A DNA stretch of 64,000 nt from an uncultured delta proteobacterium (GTDB taxonomy: Bacteria; Myxococcota_A; Polyangia; Haliangiales; Haliangiaceae), in contig CAWKDB010000010.1 of assembly GCA_963848295.1 (NCBI GenBank), forward strand, positions 608,001 to 672,000, read 5' to 3'. Position 1 is the first letter of the stretch, and each line of letters starts with the position of its first letter. The notes below the pieces were generated by a model. It had not been told where the DNA came from. It did not search any database and worked only from the letters and a program-made list of their open reading frames with translations. Both the position numbers and the translations under genes were made by a program. This document shows, piece after piece, positions 10,799-20,213 of this stretch.

Positions 10799-12729
10799 CC
10801 GCGCCGATCCGGATCTTGCTCGTCGAGGACTCGCCGACCGATGCCAAGCTGGTGGTCAACGAGCTGCGCCGCGCGGGCCACGTCATCGAGTTCGAGCGGG
10901 TCGACGACGAGGTTGCGATGCGTACGGCGCTCGCGACAAGGCCGTGGGACGCGATCATCTCCGACTGGTCGATGCCGCGGTTCAGCGGCCTCGGCGCGCT
11001 CGCGGTGTTGAAGGACAGCGGGCTCGATCTCCCGTTCGTCATCGTCTCGGGCACGGTCGGGGAGGAGGTCGCGGTGGAGGCGATGCGCGCCGGCGCGCAC
11101 GACTACGTGCTCAAAGACAAGCTCGCGCGACTGGCTGCCGTCATCGAGCGCGAGATCCGCGAGAGGATCGTGCGTGACGCGCATCGAGTCAGCGAGGCCG
11201 CGCGGCGCGCGAGCGAACATCGATTTTCACGGCTGTCGGAGTGCGGGATCATCGGGATCGTCATCGGCGATCTCTCCGGCAACATCATCTCGGCCAACGA
11301 CGCATTCCTTCAGCTCGTCGGGTACACGCGCGCGGAGCTCGAGCTAGGCCTGGTCCGCTGGACCGAGCTCACCGCGCCGGAGTGGCGAGCGGTGACCGAT
11401 CGCGGTGTCGAGGAGCTGCGCTCGGTCGGCGTCGCGACGCCCTACGAAAAAGAGTACTGCCGCAAAGACGGCACTCGCGTCCCGGTGCTCGTCGGGCTCG
11501 CGATCCTCGACGGCTCGCAGACGATCGGCTTCATGGTCGACCTGAGCGCCCAGAAGCGCGCCGAAGCGGCGCTCGGGAGGACCGAGGAACAACTCCGCCA
11601 GGCTCAAAAGATGGAAGCGGTCGGTCGGCTCGCCGGCGGGGTCGCCCATGACTTCAACAACGTGCTCACCGTGATCTTGAGCTACAGCGAGATGATCGCC
11701 GAGAGTCTGTCGCCCGGAGATCCGATGCGCGCCGATGCCGAAGAGATCGCGAAGGCGGGACATCGCGCCGCAGATCTCACGCGGCAACTGCTGATGTTCA
11801 GCCGGCAGGAGGTCGTCGAGGCGAAGATCCTCGATCTCAATGACGTCCTCGCGAAGATGGACAAGATGTTGCGCAGGATCCTCGGCGAGGATGTCGACCT
11901 CGCGTCGGTGCCGGCGCCGGCGCTCGGTCACGCGCGCGCCGATCCGACGCATGTCGAGCAGGTCATCATGAACCTCGTCGTCAACTCGCGGGACGCGATG
12001 CCGACCGGTGGCAAGCTCACGATCGAGACCGGCAACGTGTTCCTCGACGATGCACATGCGCGTGACCATCTCGGAGTGATTCCCGGTCCGTACATCATGC
12101 TCGCCGTGAGCGACACCGGCATCGGCATGGATCGAGCGACGCAGGCCCGGATCTTCGAGCCGTTCTACACGACGAAGGACAAGGGCAAAGGCACCGGGCT
12201 CGGCTTATCGACCGTGTTCGGGATCGTGCGGCAATGCGGTGGCAGTATCTGGGTCTATAGCGAGCCAGGACGCGGCACGACGTTCAAGGTGTACCTGCCC
12301 CGCGTCGATGACGATATCGATGTCGAAGCGCCGGCCGCGGAGCCACCGAACCTTTCGGGAACCGAGACCGTGTTGCTCGTCGAGGACGAGGATCAGATCC
12401 GCGCGGTCACTCGCGTGATCCTGCGCGACCTCGGCTATCAGGTGATCGAGGCGCGCAACGGCGGCGAGGCGCTGCTCCATTGCGAGAACCATCCGGGCAC
12501 GATCGACCTGCTTCTCACCGACGTCGTGATGCCGCAGATGAGTGGCCCGGAGCTCGCCAAGCGCTTGATGCGGACGCGCCCCGACATGAGGGTCCTCTGC
12601 ATGTCGGGATATACCGATGATGCGCTCGTGCGGCATGGCGCGGCCGACTCCGGAATGGCCTACCTGCAGAAGCCGATCACGCCCACCAAGTTGGCTCGCA
12701 AGGTTCGCGCGGTGCTGGATTCGCGCTGA
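10795..12729 (+). CDS. Hybrid REC-PAS-HisKA-HATPase-REC kinase
   Basis: AGGVAHDFNN, NSRDAMP, FEPFYTTK...GTGLGL; two receiver domains. Confidence 0.93.
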   Translation: MTAPIRILLVEDSPTDAKLVVNELRRAGHVIEFERVDDEVAMRTALATRPWDAIISDWSMPRFSGLGALAVLKDSGLDLPFVIVSGTVGEEVAVEAMRAGAHDYVLKDKLARLAAVIEREIRERIVRDAHRVSEAARRASEHRFSRLSECGIIGIVIGDLSGNIISANDAFLQLVGYTRAELELGLVRWTELTAPEWRAVTDRGVEELRSVGVATPYEKEYCRKDGTRVPVLVGLAILDGSQTIGFMVDLSAQKRAEAALGRTEEQLRQAQKMEAVGRLAGGVAHDFNNVLTVILSYSEMIAESLSPGDPMRADAEEIAKAGHRAADLTRQLLMFSRQEVVEAKILDLNDVLAKMDKMLRRILGEDVDLASVPAPALGHARADPTHVEQVIMNLVVNSRDAMPTGGKLTIETGNVFLDDAHARDHLGVIPGPYIMLAVSDTGIGMDRATQARIFEPFYTTKDKGKGTGLGLSTVFGIVRQCGGSIWVYSEPGRGTTFKVYLPRVDDDIDVEAPAAEPPNLSGTETVLLVEDEDQIRAVTRVILRDLGYQVIEARNGGEALLHCENHPGTIDLLLTDVVMPQMSGPELAKRLMRTRPDMRVLCMSGYTDDALVRHGAADSGMAYLQKPITPTKLARKVRAVLDSR

Positions 12730-12777
12730 TCTTCCGAAACCCCGTCACGCGCGCCGCCCGGCCGCGTTGTAGTGGAC

Positions 12778-13143
12778 ATGCCGCCTTCTATCCGCGCTCG
12801 CCATCAGCTGTTGCCGATCCTCGTCGTCGTGGTCGTCGTCGGGTTCACGCTCGGGAGTGCGGCGGCGAGCCTGCTGCCGCCGCCCCATCGGCAGACGCTG
12901 GCCGAGTGGCGGCGCGACGAGATGGCGGCGATGGTCGTGCAGAGGCGCGAGCGCATCGTCGAGCTTCGGCTGTCCGGCGATCGCTGCGTCCCGGAGGTCG
13001 CGCGAGAGCTCGCGCGCCTGCTGGTCATGGATGCGCAATGGAACGCGGTCCGCGGCTACGCCGACGACTACCAGCTGCGCTGCGGCGCCGATCCGACCGT
13101 CGCCAAGTGGCGCGACGCCCCGCGACCTCGCTCGTCGCGCTAG
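12778..13143 (+). CDS. Hypothetical membrane-anchored protein
   Basis: One N-terminal hydrophobic segment and two Cys; codon usage fits the genome. Confidence 0.55.
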   Translation: MPPSIRARHQLLPILVVVVVVGFTLGSAAASLLPPPHRQTLAEWRRDEMAAMVVQRRERIVELRLSGDRCVPEVARELARLLVMDAQWNAVRGYADDYQLRCGADPTVAKWRDAPRPRSSR

Positions 13144-13220
13144 CCCGCGCTCGGCAGCGCGAAGCCGATCGTGAATCAGCGATCGCCGCAGCGGCTCGGT
13201 TCGTGGCAGGCTTATCGCGA

Positions 13221-14378
13221 ATGACCACCTTCGACGCGCTGATCCACGAGCTGCGCGCGCGCGCTCGCGAGATCACCGCGACCGAGCTCGCCGACGCCGG
13301 CGCGGTGACGGTCATCGACGTCCGAGAGGCGGACGAATACGCCCGAGGCGCGATCGCCGGCGCGGTGTGGATCGCGCGCGGCCTGCTCGAGTCGAACATC
13401 GAGCGCGCGGCTCCGGATCGCGCGACGCCCCTGGTCGTGTACTGCGCGAGCGGCAATCGCTCGGTGCTTGCCGCGCGGACGTTACAAGAGCTCGGCTACA
13501 GCGACGTGCGCTCGCTCGCCGGCGGCTTTGCCGCGTACCTACGCAGCGGCCTGCCGTGGCACACGCCGACCGCGCTCGGTCCCGCGCAAGCAGAGCGCTA
13601 CGCGCGACACCTCAGCCTGCCCGAGGTCGGCGTCGCCGGGCAGCACAAGCTCTTGGCGGCGCGCGTCGTGTCCGTCGGCGCTGGCGGACTCGGTTGCCCG
13701 GCCGCGCTGTATCTGGCCGCGGCCGGGGTCGGCACGCTCGGCCTGATCGATCACGACGTCGTCGACGCGTCAAACTTGATGAGGCAGATCCTGCACGCCA
13801 GCGATCGCGTCGGCGTCGCGAAGGTCGACAGCGCGCGCCAAGCGCTCGCGCAGATCAATCCCGAGGTCATCGTGCATGCGCACCGCACGCGGCTGACCTC
13901 CGCGAATGCGCTCGAGCTGCTCGCGCCTTACGACATCATCATCGACGGCAGCGATAACTTCCCGACGCGGTATCTCGTCAACGATGCGGCGCTCCGCCTC
14001 GCCAAGCCGGTCGTCCACGCATCGATCTATCGGTTCGAAGGACAGATCACGCAGTTCTCCGCGCACGGTCGCCCGTGCTACCGCTGCCTCTATCCGCGTC
14101 CGCCGCTGCCCGACGCGGGCGCGAGCTGCGCCGAGGCCGGAGTGCTCGGCGTCTTGCCGGGCGTCGTCGGCGTGTTACAGGCCACCGAGGCGATCAAGAT
14201 CATCCTCGGGCTCGGCGAGCAGCTCGCCGGACGCCTGATCCTGTACGACGCCCTCACCGCGCGGTTTCGCGAGCTCGCGATCGCGCGCGACCCGGCGTGC
14301 CCGAGCTGCGGCGACGGCGTGGACCGCGCCACGCTCGAGCTCGGCGGCTATGACGAATTCTGCGCGGCGCGCAGCTGA
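13221..14378 (+). CDS. moeB: Rhodanese-MoeB fusion (molybdopterin-synthase adenylyltransferase-like)
   Basis: N-terminal rhodanese CASGNRS; RYARH, GAGGLG, SNLMRQ, CYRC and CPSC. Confidence 0.9.
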   Translation: MTTFDALIHELRARAREITATELADAGAVTVIDVREADEYARGAIAGAVWIARGLLESNIERAAPDRATPLVVYCASGNRSVLAARTLQELGYSDVRSLAGGFAAYLRSGLPWHTPTALGPAQAERYARHLSLPEVGVAGQHKLLAARVVSVGAGGLGCPAALYLAAAGVGTLGLIDHDVVDASNLMRQILHASDRVGVAKVDSARQALAQINPEVIVHAHRTRLTSANALELLAPYDIIIDGSDNFPTRYLVNDAALRLAKPVVHASIYRFEGQITQFSAHGRPCYRCLYPRPPLPDAGASCAEAGVLGVLPGVVGVLQATEAIKIILGLGEQLAGRLILYDALTARFRELAIARDPACPSCGDGVDRATLELGGYDEFCAARS

Positions 14379-14414
14379 CATGCTCGCCCCGGATCGGGGT
14401 AGACATGGCGGCGG

Positions 14415-15314
14415 ATGTTGGCGATCGACCTCACGGGAAAGCACGCGCTGATCGCCGGCGTCGCCGACGAGCGCGGCCTCGGCTTCTCGATCGCGAAGGC
14501 GTTGGCCGAAGCGGGCGCCACCGTGTCGGTCGCGACCTGGCCGCCGCTGATCAAGATGTTCAAGATGCTGCTCGCCCGCGGCAAGCTCGATGACGCGCGC
14601 CGGCTGAGCAACGGCACGCTGCTCGACTTTGCCGCGATCTACCCGTTCGACGCGGACTACGATCGGCTCGAAGACGTGCCGGCCGAGGTCAAGGACCACC
14701 GGCGCTACAACGAGTGCGGCGACTTCACGATCGCGGGCGTCGCCGCCGCGGTCGCGGCGAGCGGCGGCGTCGACATCGTCGTCCACAGCCTCGCGAACGG
14801 CCCCGAGGTGCGAAAGCCGCTGCTCGAGACCTCGCGCTCCGGCTACCTCGCGGCGGTGTCGGCGTCGGCGTACTCGCACGTGTCGCTGGTTCGCCAGCTC
14901 GGGCCGGTGATGCGCCCGGGCGGGTCGTTCGTGACGCTGTCGTACGTCGCGTCGAACCGAGTCGTCGCCGGTTACGGCGGCGGGATGTCGACGGCAAAAG
15001 CTGCCCTCGAGTCGGATGCGCGCGTGCTCGCGTTCGAGGCCGGGCGGCGCTGGGGCCACCGGGTCAACGTGATCTCGCCCGGGCCCTACGCGTCGCGGGC
15101 GGCCGAGGCGATCGGGCCGATCGACCAGATGATCAAGTACACGAGCCTGGCGTCACCGCTGCCGCAGGCGATCACCGCGGACCAAGTCGGCGCGACCGCC
15201 GCGTTCTTGTCGAGCCCGCTCGCGAGCGGGATCACCGGCGCGATTGTTTACGTGGACAACGGTTTCTCCGCGATGGGAGTCCACGTCGATCACTCTGACG
15301 CGACCACGACGTGA
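14415..15314 (+). CDS. fabI: Enoyl-ACP reductase, plant/chlamydial-type FabI
   Basis: AGVADERGLG, HSLANGPEV-x-KPLLETSR, YGGGMSTAKAALESD, SRAA-x-AIG. Confidence 0.9.
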   Translation: MLAIDLTGKHALIAGVADERGLGFSIAKALAEAGATVSVATWPPLIKMFKMLLARGKLDDARRLSNGTLLDFAAIYPFDADYDRLEDVPAEVKDHRRYNECGDFTIAGVAAAVAASGGVDIVVHSLANGPEVRKPLLETSRSGYLAAVSASAYSHVSLVRQLGPVMRPGGSFVTLSYVASNRVVAGYGGGMSTAKAALESDARVLAFEAGRRWGHRVNVISPGPYASRAAEAIGPIDQMIKYTSLASPLPQAITADQVGATAAFLSSPLASGITGAIVYVDNGFSAMGVHVDHSDATTT

Positions 15315-15345
15315 CTCGGACAATGCGTTAGGCTTTGCCTCGCGC

Positions 15346-17649
15346 ATGCACCGAGTTGGCCGCACGCTCGTCGCGATCGCCGTCGGCTGCACGATCTCGA
15401 GCGCCATCGCGCGCGCGGATGACGCTCCGCCACCGACGCCGGCACCCGCGCCCGATGCGCCGGCCCCCGACGCCCCGGCGCCCGACGCCCCGACGCCCGA
15501 CGCCCCCGCGCCAGCCCCACAGCCGATCGACGTCGCCGGCCGGGTCATCGACGTCAAGGGCCACGCGATCAGCGGCGCGACCGTGTCGGTCGAAGGCACG
15601 TCGGTTCAGGCGACGACCGATCGCGACGGCAAGTTCGAGCTCAGTGCGCCGATCGACGCGACGCTCGACATCACGTCCGAGCACTACGCGGTCTCGCTCG
15701 CGACCGTCACCGGCCCGAAGCTCGACGACATCGTGCTGACGCCCGATCTCGCGAACGAACAGATCGAGATCAAGGGCGACCCACCGACGCCCGCGAACGG
15801 AGCGGCGCGACTCAGTCGCGAAGACATCCAGCGCCTGCCCGGCACCGGCGGCGACGTCGTACGCGCGCTGACCGCGATGCCCGGCGTCGTCAATCTGCAG
15901 ATTCCACTCGGCTACTCCGGCGTCGTGATCCGCGGCGCGTCGCCGCAAGACTCGAAGGTGATGGTCGACGACTTCGAGATTCCGGTGCTGTTTCACCCGC
16001 TCGGGTTCCGCGCGATCCTACCGGTCGAGTCGATCCAGTCGCTGACGTTCATCCCGGGCGGGTTCGACGTGTCGTACGGCCGATCGTCGTCGGGTGTCGT
16101 GCTGTTGACGACCCGGCCCGGCAGCGACACGCGCAGCGAGCAAGCGGAGGTGTCGCTCGTCGACGGCGGGTTCGTGCTGCAAGGGCCGATCGGCAAGAAG
16201 ACACGCTACATGATCGCGCTGCGTCGCTCGGTCATCGACCTCGTGCTGCCGCTGTTCATTCCGTCGAGCGTCGATCTGTCGCTGACGACCGTGCCGCAAT
16301 ACTACGACGAGCAGTTCCGCATCGACCACGAGATCAACTCGAAGTGGAACCTCTCGCTGTCGAGTGTCGGCACGATCGACGAATTACAGCTCTACACGAC
16401 GAAAGACACCGACGCGGGCTCGAAGCGGTTCTACAGCGAGACCGAGTTCATGCGGCTCACCGCCGCGGCGAAATATCACGACGGCGACTGGCAAGCGTCG
16501 CTCGCGCTGTCCAGCATGCTGACCGATCTGACGGCCGAGGTCGGGCTGTATCAGAGCCTGCACGTCAAGACGCCGCTCACCACGGCGCGCACCACCGCGA
16601 CCCGGTCGTCGGCCAACTTGATCGGCCTCAAGGATGTCGTGTGGACCTCGGGTGCCGAAGCGCAGATCGGCTACTCCGACATCGCGCTCGCGTTGCCGAT
16701 CGAGCAGCAGGAAGGCCAACCGCCGCCGCCGTACGATCCGAAAGACACGTCGTCGAAGTTCACCGGCTCGGTGTGGTTCCCCGACTACGCGGCGTGGACG
16801 TCGCTGTCCGCCTCGTTCGATCCGCACATTCGAATCACGACCGGCGTGCGCGCCGACTACTTCGGGCGCGGCGGCGAGCTCAGGGTTCAGCCGCGCAGCG
16901 ACATCCAGCTCAAGCTCTCGCCGCAGCTGACCGCGCGGTTCAGCGCCGGCATGTACTGCCGGCCGCCCGAGTATCAGACCGAATTCTTGTATGCGAATTT
17001 GCAGGCCGAGCGCTCGAACCAGCTCACGACCGGGCTCGAATACACGCCGTTCCTCGGCCTGCGCTTGCAGGGCACGCTGTACTTCACTGATCGCAGCAAG
17101 TTGATCACCGCGAATCCCGACGGCACGCTCGGCAACGATGGCCAAGGCACGAGCAAGGGCGCCGAGCTGCTCGCGATCTTTCACGGCGGACCGTGGTTCG
17201 GCTGGCTCGGCTACTCGTACTCGCACTCCGAGCGCGTCGATCAACCCGGCGATGCGCCGCGCCTGTTCGATTACGATCAACCGCACAGCCTCAACGTCGC
17301 GGCGAGTTGGAAGCGCGGCCACTGGACGCTCGGCGCGCGATTCCAGCTGTACTCCGGCCTGCCTTACACGCCGGTGATCGGCTCGCACTTCGACAGCGAT
17401 CGCAATCTCTACATTCCGATCTACGGCGCGGTGAACTCCGAGCGCGCGCCGATCCATCACGAGGTCGACATCCGGATCGACTACGCGTGGAAGTGGGGCC
17501 CGATGGCGCTGCTCGCGTTCATCGACGTGCAGAACGTCTATCTCAACCAGAGCATCGTCACCTACTTCTACAGCTACGACTATTCGCAGCGCACCGCGTT
17601 CGAGTCGCTGCCGCTGATCCCGTCGATCGGCTTGCGAGGCACGCTGTGA
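15346..17649 (+). CDS. TonB-dependent receptor with carboxypeptidase-regulatory-like N-domain
   Basis: Signal peptide, Pro-rich linker, plug LPG-x-GGD...PGV...IRG, GGFDVSYG; C-terminal LP-x-IPSIGLRG. Confidence 0.88.
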   Translation: MHRVGRTLVAIAVGCTISSAIARADDAPPPTPAPAPDAPAPDAPAPDAPTPDAPAPAPQPIDVAGRVIDVKGHAISGATVSVEGTSVQATTDRDGKFELSAPIDATLDITSEHYAVSLATVTGPKLDDIVLTPDLANEQIEIKGDPPTPANGAARLSREDIQRLPGTGGDVVRALTAMPGVVNLQIPLGYSGVVIRGASPQDSKVMVDDFEIPVLFHPLGFRAILPVESIQSLTFIPGGFDVSYGRSSSGVVLLTTRPGSDTRSEQAEVSLVDGGFVLQGPIGKKTRYMIALRRSVIDLVLPLFIPSSVDLSLTTVPQYYDEQFRIDHEINSKWNLSLSSVGTIDELQLYTTKDTDAGSKRFYSETEFMRLTAAAKYHDGDWQASLALSSMLTDLTAEVGLYQSLHVKTPLTTARTTATRSSANLIGLKDVVWTSGAEAQIGYSDIALALPIEQQEGQPPPPYDPKDTSSKFTGSVWFPDYAAWTSLSASFDPHIRITTGVRADYFGRGGELRVQPRSDIQLKLSPQLTARFSAGMYCRPPEYQTEFLYANLQAERSNQLTTGLEYTPFLGLRLQGTLYFTDRSKLITANPDGTLGNDGQGTSKGAELLAIFHGGPWFGWLGYSYSHSERVDQPGDAPRLFDYDQPHSLNVAASWKRGHWTLGARFQLYSGLPYTPVIGSHFDSDRNLYIPIYGAVNSERAPIHHEVDIRIDYAWKWGPMALLAFIDVQNVYLNQSIVTYFYSYDYSQRTAFESLPLIPSIGLRGTL
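15448..15507 (+). repeat. Four 15-nt tandem repeats encoding (A/T)PDAP linker
   Basis: gcgcccgatgcgccg/gcccccgacgccccg/gcgcccgacgccccg/acgcccgacgccccc. Confidence 0.8.
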
Positions 17650-18335
17650 GCCGCGCGCTGCTGTTCGCCGCCGTGCTCGCCGGATGCAGCGGCGAGATCG
17701 ATCCGCAATGGCAGCTCGATCACGATCGGATCATCGCGGTGCGCGCGTCGCCGAACGGACTCGGCGCCGAGGGCGATACGTCGGTGCTCGATGTCCTGAT
17801 CGGCACCAAAGGCGCCGCGCCGACCGACGTCGATCCCGACATGGCCGTCGTGACGCAGCCGGTGAACCTGACCGGTGCGCTCAGCCGGTCCGGCACGCAG
17901 TGGACCGTCACCCAGCCGTCCGAGGCTGACCTTGCGATCGCGCGCCAGCTGCTCGGCCTCGATGTCACCGACCCCGTCCCGTTGGGCGTCGAGGTCACGA
18001 TGGCCGCGACCGGGTTCGTCGCCGATAAGACGGTCTGGCTCGACGAGCCGCTCGACAACCCGGTGCTCGGGCCGGTGATGGTCGATGGCGTCGATGCGAC
18101 GACCGAGACGATGCTGACCGTCGCGCCGGCGACGCGAATTCCACTCGCGGTCGACTTCGACGACAGCTACGACATCAACTGGCTCACCTCGTGCGGCACC
18201 ATGCACGACTTCGACCTCGCGACCGCATACTTGCGGGTCGAGACCGAGGATCCGCAGACCGGCACGTTCGGCGTGCTCGTCCGCGACGAGATGGGCGGCA
18301 CGGTCTGGCAGCTGTGGCCGATCGCGGCGCAATGA
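17646..18335 (+). CDS. Lipoprotein partner of the TonB receptor
   Basis: GTGA overlap; lipobox LAGC; R-x-x-AVRA-x-P motif. Confidence 0.75.
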   Translation: MSRALLFAAVLAGCSGEIDPQWQLDHDRIIAVRASPNGLGAEGDTSVLDVLIGTKGAAPTDVDPDMAVVTQPVNLTGALSRSGTQWTVTQPSEADLAIARQLLGLDVTDPVPLGVEVTMAATGFVADKTVWLDEPLDNPVLGPVMVDGVDATTETMLTVAPATRIPLAVDFDDSYDINWLTSCGTMHDFDLATAYLRVETEDPQTGTFGVLVRDEMGGTVWQLWPIAAQ

Positions 18336-18373
18336 TCGTAAAGCACACGGCATCCCCTGCTATAAGGGCAGCC

Positions 18374-18646
18374 ATGTTCGAGATGAGCGACGCGGACTCG
18401 GCGGTGGCTCGAGCCCACATCAAACGCTTCCCAAACGGCTCCGTCTGTCCCATTTGCGGCGGGACGAATTGGAACGTCGGTGGACTAGACAGAGCTTTGG
18501 TCTACGACAATCGGGACGACCTGAGCAGCAAGAGCGCCGCCAACCGCTTCTACGTTGCCGTGCTCGTCATCTCCTGCACTGCTTGCTTTTTCGTGCGCCA
18601 GTTTCTGTGGGATGAAATAGCGAAGGCTGCGCCAGCAACGCCGTGA
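18374..18646 (+). CDS. Small Zn-ribbon protein with atypical (lower GC) codon usage
   Basis: CPICG ... CTAC; many A/T-ending codons. Confidence 0.55.
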   Translation: MFEMSDADSAVARAHIKRFPNGSVCPICGGTNWNVGGLDRALVYDNRDDLSSKSAANRFYVAVLVISCTACFFVRQFLWDEIAKAAPATP

Positions 18647-18680
18647 GCGCGACGATCGCTCGGTGGGATTCCGCCACGAG

Positions 18681-20213
18681 CTAGTCGCTGATCGGCAGCT
18701 CGCCCGCGTGAAAGCTCGCGAGGCAGCGCGTGATCAGCACGTCGTGGCGCTGATCCTCGTTAGTCGCGGCGCAGATCTCGCGAATCGCCTGGTAGAGCTT
18801 CCTCACCGGCGGTGGCAACGCGTCGGCGCGGCCGGTTGCATCGGTCGCCTGCGCCGCGGCGAGCATCGAGATCGCGAGCATGTGATCGGCGAGGCCCTGG
18901 ATCGCGCGCAGATCGCGAGCGGCGATCGAGCCCATCGGCACTTTGTCCTGGTTGTGGCCCTCGGTGCTGCGCGAGAACACGCTCGCCGGCGCCGCTTGCT
19001 TCATCACTTCGGCGACGAGTGCCGACGCCAAGATCTCGACCGCCTTGAACCCGTGATGCGCGGTCTGCCCTGGACCTTCGATCCGCACGAGGTTCTCGGG
19101 GATCCCCGAGGTCGCGGTCGAGTGGCACAGCAGCACGAGCTGGCGCTCGAGGATCTCCATCGCGTGGGCGACCTGGACCTTCAGCGTGTCGGCGACGTGC
19201 GCGACGTGACTGCCGTAGAAATTGCCGCCGTGCAGCGCGACCTGGGTCTCCTCGTCGATCAGCGGGTTGTCGCCGGCGCCGTTGAGCTCGATCTCGATCG
19301 TCGCGGTTGCCTGATCGAGCACCTCGAGCAGCACGCCCACGACATGGGGCGCGCACCGCACGGAGTACGGATCCTGGATCTTGCCCGCGCCGAGCGGCGG
19401 CCGCGGCCCCGAGGCGAGCCCCGAGCGCACCCAGCCGGCGTAGCGCGCCGGTCCGGGATGCGGCTTCGCGACGAACAGGCGCTCGTCGAAGTGGGCCGGT
19501 TGGCCGCGCAACAGCAGCGACGTCCACGCGGTGACGAGCGCGTGCGCGCGCGCGAATGCGGAGGCGCGCTCGAGCGCCATGCTGACGAGCGCGGTCATCA
19601 CGCTCGTGCCGTTCATGATCGACAGCGCCTCTTTGTGCTGGAGCCGGATCGGCTCGAGCCCGACCGCCGCGAGCGCCTCGGCCGCCGGCGCGACGCCACC
19701 GCGGAAGAACACCTCGCGCTCGCCGGATAGCACCGCCGCGACGTACGACATCGGCGTCAGATCACCGCTCGCGCCGACCGAGCCGAGCTCGGGGATGCAC
19801 GGCATGATGTCGTGGTCGAGCAAGCGCACCATCGCACGCAGCGTGTCCACCCGAATGCCGCTCCACCCGGCCGCGAGCTGGGCGAGCCGGGTCACGAGGA
19901 TCGCCCGGGTCTCGTCCGCGCGCAGCAGCGCGCCGATGCCACAGCCGTGGAAGCGAAACAGATTCGCCGCGAGGTTCGCGCCGTACTCGATCGCGACCGA
20001 GTTGACGACCGACGCGCCGAACCCGGTGTTGACGCCGTAAAACGGCTCGGTGCCGCGCGACCGGACCTCGACCGCTTGCCGGCTGCGGGCCATCCGCGCG
20101 TGCCACGACGCGTTCTCGGTCAGCGCCACCGGCAGCTCGCCGCGCGCGACGCGGGCGACCTCGCGATGGCCGACGCGCGTCTCGCCGATGTACAGGCGAT
20201 CACTCACGTGCAC
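18681..20213 (-). CDS. MIO-dependent aromatic amino acid ammonia-lyase (APE starter supply)
   Basis: YGVNTGFG, GSVGASGDL (ASG = MIO), QDPYSVRC, DNPL, GGNFYG, HNQDKV; start may be GTG 20207. Confidence 0.92.
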   Translation of the reverse strand: MHVSDRLYIGETRVGHREVARVARGELPVALTENASWHARMARSRQAVEVRSRGTEPFYGVNTGFGASVVNSVAIEYGANLAANLFRFHGCGIGALLRADETRAILVTRLAQLAAGWSGIRVDTLRAMVRLLDHDIMPCIPELGSVGASGDLTPMSYVAAVLSGEREVFFRGGVAPAAEALAAVGLEPIRLQHKEALSIMNGTSVMTALVSMALERASAFARAHALVTAWTSLLLRGQPAHFDERLFVAKPHPGPARYAGWVRSGLASGPRPPLGAGKIQDPYSVRCAPHVVGVLLEVLDQATATIEIELNGAGDNPLIDEETQVALHGGNFYGSHVAHVADTLKVQVAHAMEILERQLVLLCHSTATSGIPENLVRIEGPGQTAHHGFKAVEILASALVAEVMKQAAPASVFSRSTEGHNQDKVPMGSIAARDLRAIQGLADHMLAISMLAAAQATDATGRADALPPPVRKLYQAIREICAATNEDQRHDVLITRCLASFHAGELPISD

